Source: Sulfurimonas sp.
GTDB lineage: Bacteria; Campylobacterota; Campylobacteria; Campylobacterales; Sulfurimonadaceae
Reading direction: 5' to 3'
DNA: 61,346 nucleotides
NCBI GenBank assembly: GCA_027071805.1
Contig: JALSYX010000038.1
Span: forward strand, 1 to 61,346
Shown in pieces: positions 11,418 to 20,749 of the stretch (position 1 is the first letter of the stretch; every line of letters starts with the position of its first letter). The translations under genes and the position numbers were made by a program. The notes beneath the pieces were generated by a model. The model was not told the origin of the DNA, searched no databases, and was given only the letters and a program-made list of their open reading frames with translations.

Positions 11418-12190
11418 AAACTCTCCAATATTGCTTGCATATTTGAAAATACAAGGTCTGGTTTTAAATCTGTTTGTAAAGAAGGAACAATCTCCTCAGC
11501 GCTCTTATACTTCCCGCTTGTCACAAAAACAGTCTCCATGCCTAAAGCCTTTGCCCCACCTAAATCACCTTTGACATCATCACTCACAACGGTTATTGCA
11601 TCAAAGCTTGCATTGCTTGCTTGCTTTTGTAACCGTGCTAAGCCCTCTTTGTAAAAAGCCTCACTCGGCTTTCCAACAACACTGTAAGGCACAGAAGTTG
11701 CAAATTCTAAAAGCTTTAAAATAGCACCAACACCCGGGTAGCGTTTAGAATTTTTTGCATAAATAGATGTCTCATGCATACCTACTAAGCGTGCTCCTGC
11801 GAGTAAAAAGTCAATCATTTGTGCATATTCTTCAGAAGAAAAATCCTCTTTTATGCCAATGAGTACCGTTTTTGGATTTGTGTAATCCAAAGTATAACCC
11901 ATTGTCCGCAGTGTCTGTAAAAAGGCTTCAGAACCATAAGCTGCAACAGCCTCTTTAGAAACATTTTTTTCTAAAAGCATTAAAGGGTCTAAATATTTCT
12001 CAAAATCAAACACAAGTCCAATACTTTGCAGGTATTGATAAAAACTATACGAGTCTTGCTTTGTGTTGTTTGTAATAATCATATAAGGTGTGTTATTTTC
12101 ATTGAGCATCTGCAAAAATTCTCTACTTCCTACAATTGGCTGCTTGTCGCTGTCACTGATTAAAGTACCCTGTACATCAAGAAAATACAC
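11414..12190 (-). CDS. HAD-IIA (NagD-like) hydrolase
   Basis: FLDVQGTL, TNN, GKPS, SDDVKGDLGGA, VTSGK. Confidence 0.88.
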   Translation of the reverse strand: MYFLDVQGTLISDSDKQPIVGSREFLQMLNENNTPYMIITNNTKQDSYSFYQYLQSIGLVFDFEKYLDPLMLLEKNVSKEAVAAYGSEAFLQTLRTMGYTLDYTNPKTVLIGIKEDFSSEEYAQMIDFLLAGARLVGMHETSIYAKNSKRYPGVGAILKLLEFATSVPYSVVGKPSEAFYKEGLARLQKQASNASFDAITVVSDDVKGDLGGAKALGMETVFVTSGKYKSAEEIVPSLQTDLKPDLVFSNMQAILESL

Positions 12191-12200
12191 ACCCTTCTCC

Positions 12201-13409
12201 TTAATCTAAATACGCTTCTTCTAAGGCAATAAGGTCTTCAAAATTCTCACGTCTTCGAATCAGTTTTGCCTTTCCACCCTTGAGTGCCACTTCTGCACTT
12301 CTTCCGCGGGTGTTATAGTTACTTCCCATGCCAAAACCATAAGCCCCCGCACTATGCACAACAATTAAATCATTATGATTTAGAGCTGGCAACGGATAAT
12401 CTTTTGCAAAAAAGTCACCACTCTCACACACAGGACCAACAATATCTACAGCTCGCTCTTCACCTTGTGCATCTGTAATCGCTTCTATTTTATGGTATGC
12501 CTTATAGAGTGCTGGGCGAAGTAAATCGTTCATTGCACCATCAACAACAACAAATTTCTTCTCTCCATTTTGCTTTTCATACAAAACTTTACTCACAAAG
12601 TAACCTGCGTTTGCTGTTAAAAAACGACCCGGTTCGCACAAAATTGTCACATCAAGTGCTGTTAAACATCCCAAAATGGCTTGTGCATAATCATAAGGCT
12701 CTATCAAAGTTTCATCATCATAGCGAATACCTAAACCCCCACCAATATCAAAAAATTTCAAATCAATTTTAATCGTTGCAAGTGAACGTACCAAATCTGC
12801 TACTATCTCTGCTGATTCTCGAATAGGTGTCAGTTCTGTAAGTTGTGAACCAATGTGAAAATGGATGCCTACAGGGTCTAAATACTCTGAGTTATTTGCC
12901 ATAATATACATACGTTTTGCCGTGTTTAAATCGACCCCAAATTTATTGTCATGCAAACCTGTTGAAATATACGGATGTGTTTTTGGGTCAATATTTGGAT
13001 TGACTCGTATGCTAATGCGAGAGACACGTCCTAACTCTTTTGCTATCATCTGCACACGACCAAGTTCTGCTTCGCTTTCTACATTGATATAGAGAATATC
13101 TTTTTCTATCGCTTCACGAATTTCATCATCACTTTTGCCGACACCAGAAAAAATGATTTTATAAGCAGGAATACCTGCTTTAAAGGCACGACGTACTTCA
13201 CCGATAGAAACACAGTCTGCACCACTTCCGAGTTTTGCAAAGTGCTGCACTACACTCAAATTTGAGTTTGCTTTTACCGCATAGGCAACAATTGATTTTC
13301 GACCTTTAAAGGCTTCTTTGAGTTTGTTATATTGTTCTGTCATATAATCTAGGTCATAGATATAGAGGGGAGTTTTAAATTCGTCTGTTAAACTTCTAAA
13401 ATCAATCAT
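12201..13409 (-). CDS. lysA: Diaminopimelate decarboxylase
   Basis: YAVKAN, HFHIGSQ, DIGGG, EPGR, GPVCESGD, GAYG; ATG at 13409 preferred over TTG at 13421. Confidence 0.97.
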   Translation of the reverse strand: MIDFRSLTDEFKTPLYIYDLDYMTEQYNKLKEAFKGRKSIVAYAVKANSNLSVVQHFAKLGSGADCVSIGEVRRAFKAGIPAYKIIFSGVGKSDDEIREAIEKDILYINVESEAELGRVQMIAKELGRVSRISIRVNPNIDPKTHPYISTGLHDNKFGVDLNTAKRMYIMANNSEYLDPVGIHFHIGSQLTELTPIRESAEIVADLVRSLATIKIDLKFFDIGGGLGIRYDDETLIEPYDYAQAILGCLTALDVTILCEPGRFLTANAGYFVSKVLYEKQNGEKKFVVVDGAMNDLLRPALYKAYHKIEAITDAQGEERAVDIVGPVCESGDFFAKDYPLPALNHNDLIVVHSAGAYGFGMGSNYNTRGRSAEVALKGGKAKLIRRRENFEDLIALEEAYLD

Positions 13410-13463
13410 AAAATTGTCCAAAATATTTTTGCTTGATTTTATCTAAAAAGTGCTTATAGCTCG

Positions 13464-14537
13464 CTAAGATTTTCTTATATTATAATGTCTATACTGATGA
13501 AGAGCAATCAAGAAGAGCACTATTATAGGTGCAATAATCCCCACTTCACTAGAAATCGTTTTATTTATAGCAAGTTCTGTGAGCATAAAGAGGATGCCCC
13601 ACACCAAAAGTGTAGATAAAATAGCCACAAAACTAAAAATAGAAACATTTAAAAAACGCACACTAATCGGTACAAAGAAGAAAATAATGACGACAAGAGA
13701 AGGCACAAAAAATGGATAAATAAATATCTTATAGAGAGCCCCTTTGATACTCGTTGTATCAATATTTTGATTCTTTAAAAGCATCACAGCATCAAAGGCA
13801 TTTTTGATGGTGAAGTTTACTTTTCCTTCATAGACCTGATCGAGCATTTTTGGTCTAAAGCCTTTTAAAAGTGTTAAATCTTTCTCTTCACTCACTGTAA
13901 TCCCTAAAGAATTAAAATCTAAATCAACAGGTTTTTTAATAACATCTGCCACTTTAATATGCCATGCCTCATTTCTATACACTGCTTCTTTAGCAACAAT
14001 CACCTCTTTAAGTGAGTCATTTTTGACACTAAAAATCCGTACATTGAGGGCTTTTTCTTGCAATGGAAGCAGTTTGGAAAAGTAAATATATTTTCCTTCA
14101 TAGGTGAAAAAAAGGTCGCGTGTCGGGCTTAAATACTGCGAATAACTCCGAATATTATCTGAAAATTCATTTGCCCGTGCAAAACTTGAAAAGGAGTGAA
14201 AACTAATATAGAGCATTGTAATCAGTGTTGAAACAACAACAAAAGGGCGCAGAACATCGACTCGTGTATATCCTAAAGCATAAAAAGAGACCAAAGCATT
14301 GGAGCGGATTAACAAAATTTTCGTTGAAATCATCGAAAAAATCAAGGACAGAGGCACAAGCATATCAATCGAGTAAAATGTTTTATACACCAAATAAATC
14401 AGTAATAAGTTTGCAGATGAGGAGAGCTGCTCAGAGTACTGCATATAATCAAACCCTACCATAAATAGTAACAGTGCGGTGAGAATGATAAAAAAATATT
14501 TTAAATAGTGTAAAGAGATATACTTAAATAACAACAT
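13464..14537 (-). CDS. LptF/LptG family LPS export permease
   Basis: 3 TM + periplasmic beta-rich domain + 3 TM; RSNALVSFYALG resembles the LptF/G coupling helix. Confidence 0.85.
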   Translation of the reverse strand: MLLFKYISLHYLKYFFIILTALLLFMVGFDYMQYSEQLSSSANLLLIYLVYKTFYSIDMLVPLSLIFSMISTKILLIRSNALVSFYALGYTRVDVLRPFVVVSTLITMLYISFHSFSSFARANEFSDNIRSYSQYLSPTRDLFFTYEGKYIYFSKLLPLQEKALNVRIFSVKNDSLKEVIVAKEAVYRNEAWHIKVADVIKKPVDLDFNSLGITVSEEKDLTLLKGFRPKMLDQVYEGKVNFTIKNAFDAVMLLKNQNIDTTSIKGALYKIFIYPFFVPSLVVIIFFFVPISVRFLNVSIFSFVAILSTLLVWGILFMLTELAINKTISSEVGIIAPIIVLFLIALHQYRHYNIRKS

Positions 14538-14541
14538 AGGC

Positions 14542-15099
14542 TTATTCTAGCTGAAATTTTTTAATAGTGTGCATAGAGCTTGTATCATCTAAAGAATTTG
14601 TGAGATAAAATTCTATTGCTACACAAGCTTTTTCTATCCATGCATTTAAATGTTTCGCTTCATCTTGTGTAAATTTTCCTAAAACATAAGAAGTTATTTC
14701 TCCCCGATGTTCTGGTTTTCCAATGCCCATCCGTACACGGGCATACTCTTTAGAAATCTTCTCATCAGTAGAACGCAGTCCGTTATGCCCGCCATGTCCG
14801 CCACCATATTTAAAACGCAGGGTACCAAAGGGCAAATCTAAATCATCATGTATAACAACAACTTCTTCTATTTTATAAAATTTTTTCACCTTGGCAATAG
14901 AGTTGCCCGATAAATTCATAAATGTCAGTGGTTTTAATAAAAAATGATTTTGAAATTTAAAAAGCTCGCCTTCAAATGAGGCAGAGGAGAGTTTTTGTGC
15001 ATTTTGACGCTCTATAAGAGCATCAATCACCATAAAACCAATGTTATGGCGAGTGAAAGCATACTCCGAACCAGGGTTTCCTAGTCCGACAATAAGCAT
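14542..15099 (-). CDS. pth: Peptidyl-tRNA hydrolase
   Basis: LIVGLGNPG, TRHNIGF, FMNLSG, HDDLD, GGHNGLRS. Confidence 0.98.
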   Translation of the reverse strand: MLIVGLGNPGSEYAFTRHNIGFMVIDALIERQNAQKLSSASFEGELFKFQNHFLLKPLTFMNLSGNSIAKVKKFYKIEEVVVIHDDLDLPFGTLRFKYGGGHGGHNGLRSTDEKISKEYARVRMGIGKPEHRGEITSYVLGKFTQDEAKHLNAWIEKACVAIEFYLTNSLDDTSSMHTIKKFQLE

Positions 15100-15111
15100 C
15101 TTAAAAACTAC

Positions 15112-15648
15112 TTATTTAGCTTTAATGATACTGATAAGTGCTACACGTGGTGCATCTGCAACAGTAACATTTGGAATCTCTTCTAAATCACGAACGAGTT
15201 TAGAATCACCAACATCCATAGAAGTTACATCAACTTCAATGCTGTTTGGAAGATTTTCTGGTGTACATTTTACAGTTAAACGAGGTTTCGCCATATGCAC
15301 AAGACCTTTGTTTTTCAGACCAATCGCTTCACCAACAGGAATAACAGGAACATTGAATTTTGTTTCAACACCTGGTTGTGCGACCATTAAATCTACATGC
15401 AAAAGATTAGCAGTAACAGGATGTGATTCATATGATTGAACAACAACATTCATCTCTTTTCCACCAACACTTACTGGGAATGCTATAGTCTCTTTATTAC
15501 GAACTGTACGGACATACTCATTCATTTTAAAAGCAGCATTGATATTTTCAAGCCCTTTTCCATAAATGTTCGCAATTAGATAACCATCACGGCGAAGTGC
15601 TTTTGTGCCCTTTTTGCCAATACTCTCTCTAACGATACCTTCTAACAT
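15112..15648 (-). CDS. rplY: 50S ribosomal protein L25/Ctc
   Basis: [24 protein letters not shown]; adjacent to pth. Confidence 0.96.
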   Translation of the reverse strand: MLEGIVRESIGKKGTKALRRDGYLIANIYGKGLENINAAFKMNEYVRTVRNKETIAFPVSVGGKEMNVVVQSYESHPVTANLLHVDLMVAQPGVETKFNVPVIPVGEAIGLKNKGLVHMAKPRLTVKCTPENLPNSIEVDVTSMDVGDSKLVRDLEEIPNVTVADAPRVALISIIKAK

Positions 15649-15706
15649 AATTAATCCTTCTGTTTTTAAAAAATAGATGAAATTCTATCTAAACTAGCAT
15701 TAAAAC

Positions 15707-16870
15707 TTACTTTAATTCAAAAACATCTTCTTCTTGCATCGATTGGGTGTTTCCACTTGTTGATGCATGTGCGGCTTTACCACTTGAGAGTCCACTCATT
15801 TTTAACTCTAAATCAGATGGACTTGTTGCATTGCTAAATGCCTCCTCTTTTGTGATAATGCCTTCATTATATAAATCTAAAATAGACTGATCAAAACTTT
15901 GTGATTTATAATGTTCTTTCCCATTTTCAATCGCATCTTTAATCTCATAATCTCGATTTTCCATAATCAACTTCTCAATGGTAGGTGTGCGTACCAAAAT
16001 CTCCATGCCTGCACGACGTCCCCCCTCTTTTGTTTTCACAAGACGCTGTGAAATAACCCCTTGCAGGACACCAGCGAGTGAAATCCGTACACGATTTTGC
16101 TCTTCAGTTGGAAACTGTGCGATGATACGGTTAATGGTCTCTTTTGCATCTATGGTGTGCAGTGTTGAGAAAACAAGGTGCCCTGTATCTGCTGCGTGCA
16201 GGGCTAAGTTAATCGTTTCTTTGTCCCGCATTTCCCCTACTAAAATAATGTCAGGGTCTTCTCGCAGTGCCGCACGCAAAGCTGTTCCAAAGGAGAGTGT
16301 ATCTTGCCCAACGGAGCGCTGATTGATGATACAGCCTCTATCTTTATGCACAAATTCTATCGGGTCTTCAATGGTAATGATATGCTTTTTTTGTGTGAGA
16401 TTGATTTCGTTGATAAGGGTTGCAAGTGTGGTTGATTTTCCACTTCCTGTCACACCTGTAACAAGCACAAGCCCCCGCTCTTTTTGTGTAAATGTTCTTA
16501 AAACTTCTGGAAGTTGTAATTCAGCAAACTGTGGAATTCTCACAGGAATGACACGAAAAACAGCCGAAACTCCATCCATTTGAAAGAAGATATTGACACG
16601 AAAACGGTTGTTCTCATCAAAAGGGTAAACAATATCTAACTCCCTTTTTTCTACAAACTCCCCATAGCGACCTCGTAGTAACTCTTTTGCAAAAGTAAGG
16701 GCATCTTCAGGGGTTAAGATACCTCCTGAAAACTGCATAATTTTCCCTTGTATTCTCGCACGGACAACTGCGTTTGCCTTAATGTGCAAATCACTCCCGC
16801 CAACTTCTATCATCTTTTTGAGATAGACTCTTACCTTTTTGAGTTGTTCAAATGTTAAATCTTCACTCAT
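15707..16870 (-). CDS. PilT/PilU family retraction ATPase
   Basis: SDLH, GVTGSGKSTT, TIEDPIE, ALREDPD, GEMRD, TGHLVFSTLH. Confidence 0.93.
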   Translation of the reverse strand: MSEDLTFEQLKKVRVYLKKMIEVGGSDLHIKANAVVRARIQGKIMQFSGGILTPEDALTFAKELLRGRYGEFVEKRELDIVYPFDENNRFRVNIFFQMDGVSAVFRVIPVRIPQFAELQLPEVLRTFTQKERGLVLVTGVTGSGKSTTLATLINEINLTQKKHIITIEDPIEFVHKDRGCIINQRSVGQDTLSFGTALRAALREDPDIILVGEMRDKETINLALHAADTGHLVFSTLHTIDAKETINRIIAQFPTEEQNRVRISLAGVLQGVISQRLVKTKEGGRRAGMEILVRTPTIEKLIMENRDYEIKDAIENGKEHYKSQSFDQSILDLYNEGIITKEEAFSNATSPSDLELKMSGLSSGKAAHASTSGNTQSMQEEDVFELK

Positions 16871-17853
16871 AAACTCTCCAATATATCTGCAAAAGCCACT
16901 TTAAAAGCTTCGAGTCCATCTGCAATTTGTCCATCCAAAACAGCCTCAAAATCAATGCCGATTTTTGCTATTTTTTCAAAATGTGCTTTTCTTACTTCAG
17001 AAGATATTGGTAGTTTTTTCTTTTTTTTCCCATTTTGTTCAAATGCTAAAATAGTCTCAACCGGAGCGGTATTGACACTGTTATATGCTAAAAGATTTTC
17101 TATATAGTAATGTGGTGCTAAATCATCGCCTTTAACACCCGTACTTGCAAAAAGTATGCGACACCCTGCAACTTTCATCGCTTCTAGCGCTTCATAAATC
17201 TCGGCACTATTGTATATCCCACTGAGTGCTGTTTGGATGCCATTTTTGACAAGCTGTGCATCAAGGACTCTATCCACTCTACTTACAAATACACTAATGA
17301 CGGTATCGACAACTTTTTTACCCTCTGCCATCCCCTCTTGAAAAGCTTTTGCACAGGCAAGAGCTTGCTCTTTTTTAAAAATGAGTGTCGCATTGACAGG
17401 AATACCAAAAGCTGTTAAGGCTTTCATAGCACGGTAGCCTGCGTTTGTTGCAGGCACTTTTATCATCACATTTGGTCGATTTATACTCTCAAAAAGGCGA
17501 CGACCCTCTGCAATGGTTGCATCTGCATCATCACATAAAGAGGGATCAACTTCAATGCTTACATACCCATCATCTTGCTTATCAAAAAGTGGTCGTAAAA
17601 TGTCTGCTGCTTTTTTTATATCGTGCATCGCTAATGCTTCGTACTTCTCTTTTGCACTCAAATGCGTTAAACTGCGCAGTTGCTCTTTATACGCAGGCGA
17701 ATTTAAAATGGCATTTTTAAAAATAGCGGGGTTAGAAGTCGCCCCATTGATAAGTCCATCTTCTATCAATTTTTTAAACTCATTATCAAGATAATCTCGC
17801 TCTATAAAATCCGCCCACAATGAAAACTTTAACTCTTTTATATACATCCACAC
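16867..17853 (-). CDS. tal: Transaldolase
   Basis: GATSNPAIF, SIEVDP, MIKVPAT, NATLIF, SVFVSR, ASTGVK. Confidence 0.95.
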   Translation of the reverse strand: MWMYIKELKFSLWADFIERDYLDNEFKKLIEDGLINGATSNPAIFKNAILNSPAYKEQLRSLTHLSAKEKYEALAMHDIKKAADILRPLFDKQDDGYVSIEVDPSLCDDADATIAEGRRLFESINRPNVMIKVPATNAGYRAMKALTAFGIPVNATLIFKKEQALACAKAFQEGMAEGKKVVDTVISVFVSRVDRVLDAQLVKNGIQTALSGIYNSAEIYEALEAMKVAGCRILFASTGVKGDDLAPHYYIENLLAYNSVNTAPVETILAFEQNGKKKKKLPISSEVRKAHFEKIAKIGIDFEAVLDGQIADGLEAFKVAFADILESL

Positions 17854-17857
17854 ACCC

Positions 17858-18190
17858 TTAAAATAATTTTTCTTTATTATAGCCCAATAAAAATAAAATC
17901 AAAAGATGTATAAAAAGTAAACTATAAGCGACTGTAGCATCTCCATAAAATAGGGGAAATTGTAAATCATAATCTATGTATATGTCATACCACTGCTCAC
18001 CTATAAACATATATCCAGCACTGACAATCATCACAAACAATGCAATTTTTTTGTAACTTGGAAAATAAAAATATTGATACAAAATAGCAATAGCAAGACT
18101 TAAAACAAAAAAGTAAAGCAGATAATAGCCCTGAGTAAAGAGTCCTAATAGCAGTAGATGTAAGACAAAAAGTACAAATAAAACACGCAC
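17858..18190 (-). CDS. Hypothetical membrane protein (~4 TM)
   Basis: Hydrophobic 110-aa ORF filling the gap between pabB and tal on the same strand. Confidence 0.65.
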   Translation of the reverse strand: MRVLFVLFVLHLLLLGLFTQGYYLLYFFVLSLAIAILYQYFYFPSYKKIALFVMIVSAGYMFIGEQWYDIYIDYDLQFPLFYGDATVAYSLLFIHLLILFLLGYNKEKLF

Positions 18191-18192
18191 AA

Positions 18193-19140
18193 TTAAGGAA
18201 GATAGACTTTATCAAGCAGTTCTTGGTATTCAGAAGCTGCATTGCTATCAAGGGTGATGCCTCCACCACTTTTATAAACAAGTCCCTCTTTGGTGTTTTC
18301 AATGAAGCGTATCATCACCCCACTGTCGAGTGTTCTACCATCATAGACACCAAAAACACCACTAAAAAAACCTCTTTCATAGGCTTCGACCTGCTTTATA
18401 ATCTCTAATGTACTTTTTTTCGGTGCGCCGCTAATACTCCCAGCAGGAAGAAGCTTGTGTAAAATTGTTCCAATATTTTCATGCCAATCTTCCCCTAAAT
18501 ATGCACTAATATGTGAGCTTACTTGCAGCAACTTTTTCTCTCCTGCTGCTATTTCAGAAATATAACGAAACTTTTCTACTCGTACATCTGTTGCAACTAT
18601 AGACAAATCATTGCGCAGTAAATCAACAACCATAATATGCTCGGCAAGTTCTTTTGTATCTGCAAGTATTTTTTCTCTTGCATTTTCTATACTCGCATCT
18701 ATAGTCCCTTTCATAGGAAAAGTATGGATTTTATTTTCCTTTATCTCTATAAATTGTTCAGGAGAAAAACAGAGGAACTCCTCTTTAAAACGCAATTTAT
18801 AGGCGGCGTTTGCTAAAGAAAACATCTCTTGCAAAGTTTTCTCTGATTTAATAGGAGTTGTTTGCGTCAAATTTAAAATATAGGTTTCCCCTGCTTTAAT
18901 TTTTTCAATCACACTCTCAAACTTGCGTTTATAGGCTTCAAAAGAACTTGCAAAGGGGTGTAAAAAATGAGGATGGGGTTTGTAAGTATAGTTTTTATCA
19001 ATCTGATACTCTATATCTTCTTTATATAAGCTATTTAAGGAAAAAGCTTCAATTCGTTTTGCTTCAAAATCACAAATAAATAAAAAAGCTTCTCTTGCCG
19101 CTCCAAGTTTGTTTAAATCTTCAAAGCTCATTTTAGGCAA
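18193..19140 (-). CDS. pabB: Aminodeoxychorismate synthase component I (short form)
   Basis: [43 protein letters not shown]. Confidence 0.9.
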   Translation of the reverse strand: MPKMSFEDLNKLGAAREAFLFICDFEAKRIEAFSLNSLYKEDIEYQIDKNYTYKPHPHFLHPFASSFEAYKRKFESVIEKIKAGETYILNLTQTTPIKSEKTLQEMFSLANAAYKLRFKEEFLCFSPEQFIEIKENKIHTFPMKGTIDASIENAREKILADTKELAEHIMVVDLLRNDLSIVATDVRVEKFRYISEIAAGEKKLLQVSSHISAYLGEDWHENIGTILHKLLPAGSISGAPKKSTLEIIKQVEAYERGFFSGVFGVYDGRTLDSGVMIRFIENTKEGLVYKSGGGITLDSNAASEYQELLDKVYLP

Positions 19141-20002
19141 TAAGCTTCTTTAAAATGGCCATGCGAATATTGACACCATTACTCACTTGTTCAAGCACTT
19201 TACAACGTGCATCAGCAAGCAATTCATCGGAAATATCAATATTTCTATGCACAGGTCCTGGGTGCAAAATAATAATATCTCGTTCTCCAACAAGCTCTTT
19301 AGTAAGACAAAAATCACTTGCATAATCTTTTAAAGAGGCATAATTTTGTGAAGAGTGGCGTTCTGTTTGAGTACGCAAACTCATAATCGCATCTACCTCA
19401 TCAATAATTTCTTCAAGGTAGTGTGTCGTTTGCAGTGTTGTTTTTGGCAAAAATTGTGGTGGTGCCACCAAAATCACCCGCATCCCAAAACGCGATAACA
19501 ACTCAATATTTGAATTCGCCACACGCGAATTTTTTATATCCCCAACTATCGCTATTGTTTTTCCAAAAACTGAACCAAAATGCTCCGTGAGTGTATATAA
19601 ATCTAACAATGCTTGGGTTGGATGCGCATGTGCACCATCACCTGCGTTTACGATACTCGCTTTTGTATTGTTAGAGAGAATTTTTGGTACTCCTGCGTTT
19701 TGATGGCGTACAATGATAGCATGTGGACCCATCGCATCAAGATTCATCGCAGTATCAACAAGTGTCTCGCCCTTTTTTGTAGAGCTTTTTGAGACATCTA
19801 AATGAACCATATCCGCCCCGAGTCGTTTAGCTGCTATTTCAAAAGAACTTTTAGTACGTGTAGAATTTTCAAAAAACAGTGTAATAATTATCTTATCTTG
19901 TAAAACTCTCTCATAACGTCCATCACTAAAACTCTTAGCATCTGCTAAAATAGCTTCTATCTCTTCTTTAGAAAAATCATCGGTTCGAATTAGGTGTTGC
20001 AT
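19133..20002 (-). CDS. pyrB: Aspartate carbamoyltransferase catalytic subunit
   Basis: [29 protein letters not shown]. Confidence 0.97.
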   Translation of the reverse strand: MQHLIRTDDFSKEEIEAILADAKSFSDGRYERVLQDKIIITLFFENSTRTKSSFEIAAKRLGADMVHLDVSKSSTKKGETLVDTAMNLDAMGPHAIIVRHQNAGVPKILSNNTKASIVNAGDGAHAHPTQALLDLYTLTEHFGSVFGKTIAIVGDIKNSRVANSNIELLSRFGMRVILVAPPQFLPKTTLQTTHYLEEIIDEVDAIMSLRTQTERHSSQNYASLKDYASDFCLTKELVGERDIIILHPGPVHRNIDISDELLADARCKVLEQVSNGVNIRMAILKKLIA

Positions 20003-20022
20003 AGCTCTTCTTTTATTTTAAT

Positions 20023-20667
20023 TTACAAATTATACAAGACATCACAAATCGTGTCAATATTATCACTCGTTTTCAAAATCTTTTTTTGGGTATCTTCAAA
20101 ATAGGGTGCTGAAATATCTGCAAAACTTGCATCTTCGGCTCTACAGTTAAACGCAGTCACATAAGCAATTTGCTTTGATTCTAATGCTTTTTGACTCAAG
20201 AGTGTGTCATTAATACAGCCAAGTGCACAGTGTGTCACCAAAAGTGCCTTCGCTTGAAAATGTGTAATCATATCTATCATCATATACTTTGCATCAAGAG
20301 GAACATACAAGCCCCCTGAGCCTTCTATAATAAGAACATCACATAAAGACTCAAGTTTGGCAACAGCTTTGTCTAATTTGGCAATATCAAGTGCTTTTTT
20401 ATTGGATGCTATGTAAGGAGCAGCAGGGAGTTCATAAGTAAGTGGCACAATATCTTCTATTTTTACATCTGCAAATGCTGGGTTCAAGCTTTGGACTGTT
20501 TGTAAAAGAGCATGTGCATCAGGAGCAAAATCTTTCACCCCTGTTTCTACCAACTTGATAGCACCTACCCTATGTCCTTTGCGAGCAAAAGTTTCAAGTA
20601 AAAGTTTCGCTGTGTATGTTTTACCGATGTCCGTGTTGGTTGCACTTACAAATATTCTTTTCTTCAT
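20023..20667 (-). CDS. bioD: Dethiobiotin synthase
   Basis: ATNTDIGKT, EGSGG, LGCINDT; start placed at 20667 (see promoter). Confidence 0.94.
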   Translation of the reverse strand: MKKRIFVSATNTDIGKTYTAKLLLETFARKGHRVGAIKLVETGVKDFAPDAHALLQTVQSLNPAFADVKIEDIVPLTYELPAAPYIASNKKALDIAKLDKAVAKLESLCDVLIIEGSGGLYVPLDAKYMMIDMITHFQAKALLVTHCALGCINDTLLSQKALESKQIAYVTAFNCRAEDASFADISAPYFEDTQKKILKTSDNIDTICDVLYNL

Positions 20668-20674
20668 AAGAGAC

Positions 20675-20683
20675 ATTATAGCA
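20675..20683 (-). promoter_or_regulatory. Extended -10 (TGcTATAAT) 7 nt before bioD ATG; probable leaderless transcript
   Basis: Minus strand TGCTATAAT-gtctctt-ATG with no SD. Confidence 0.6.
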
Positions 20684-20749
20684 AAAATAAATGGTATCTT
20701 TCTTGCTTATTTTGCTATACTACAGGAGAAGAACTTATAAAGGGAGCCA

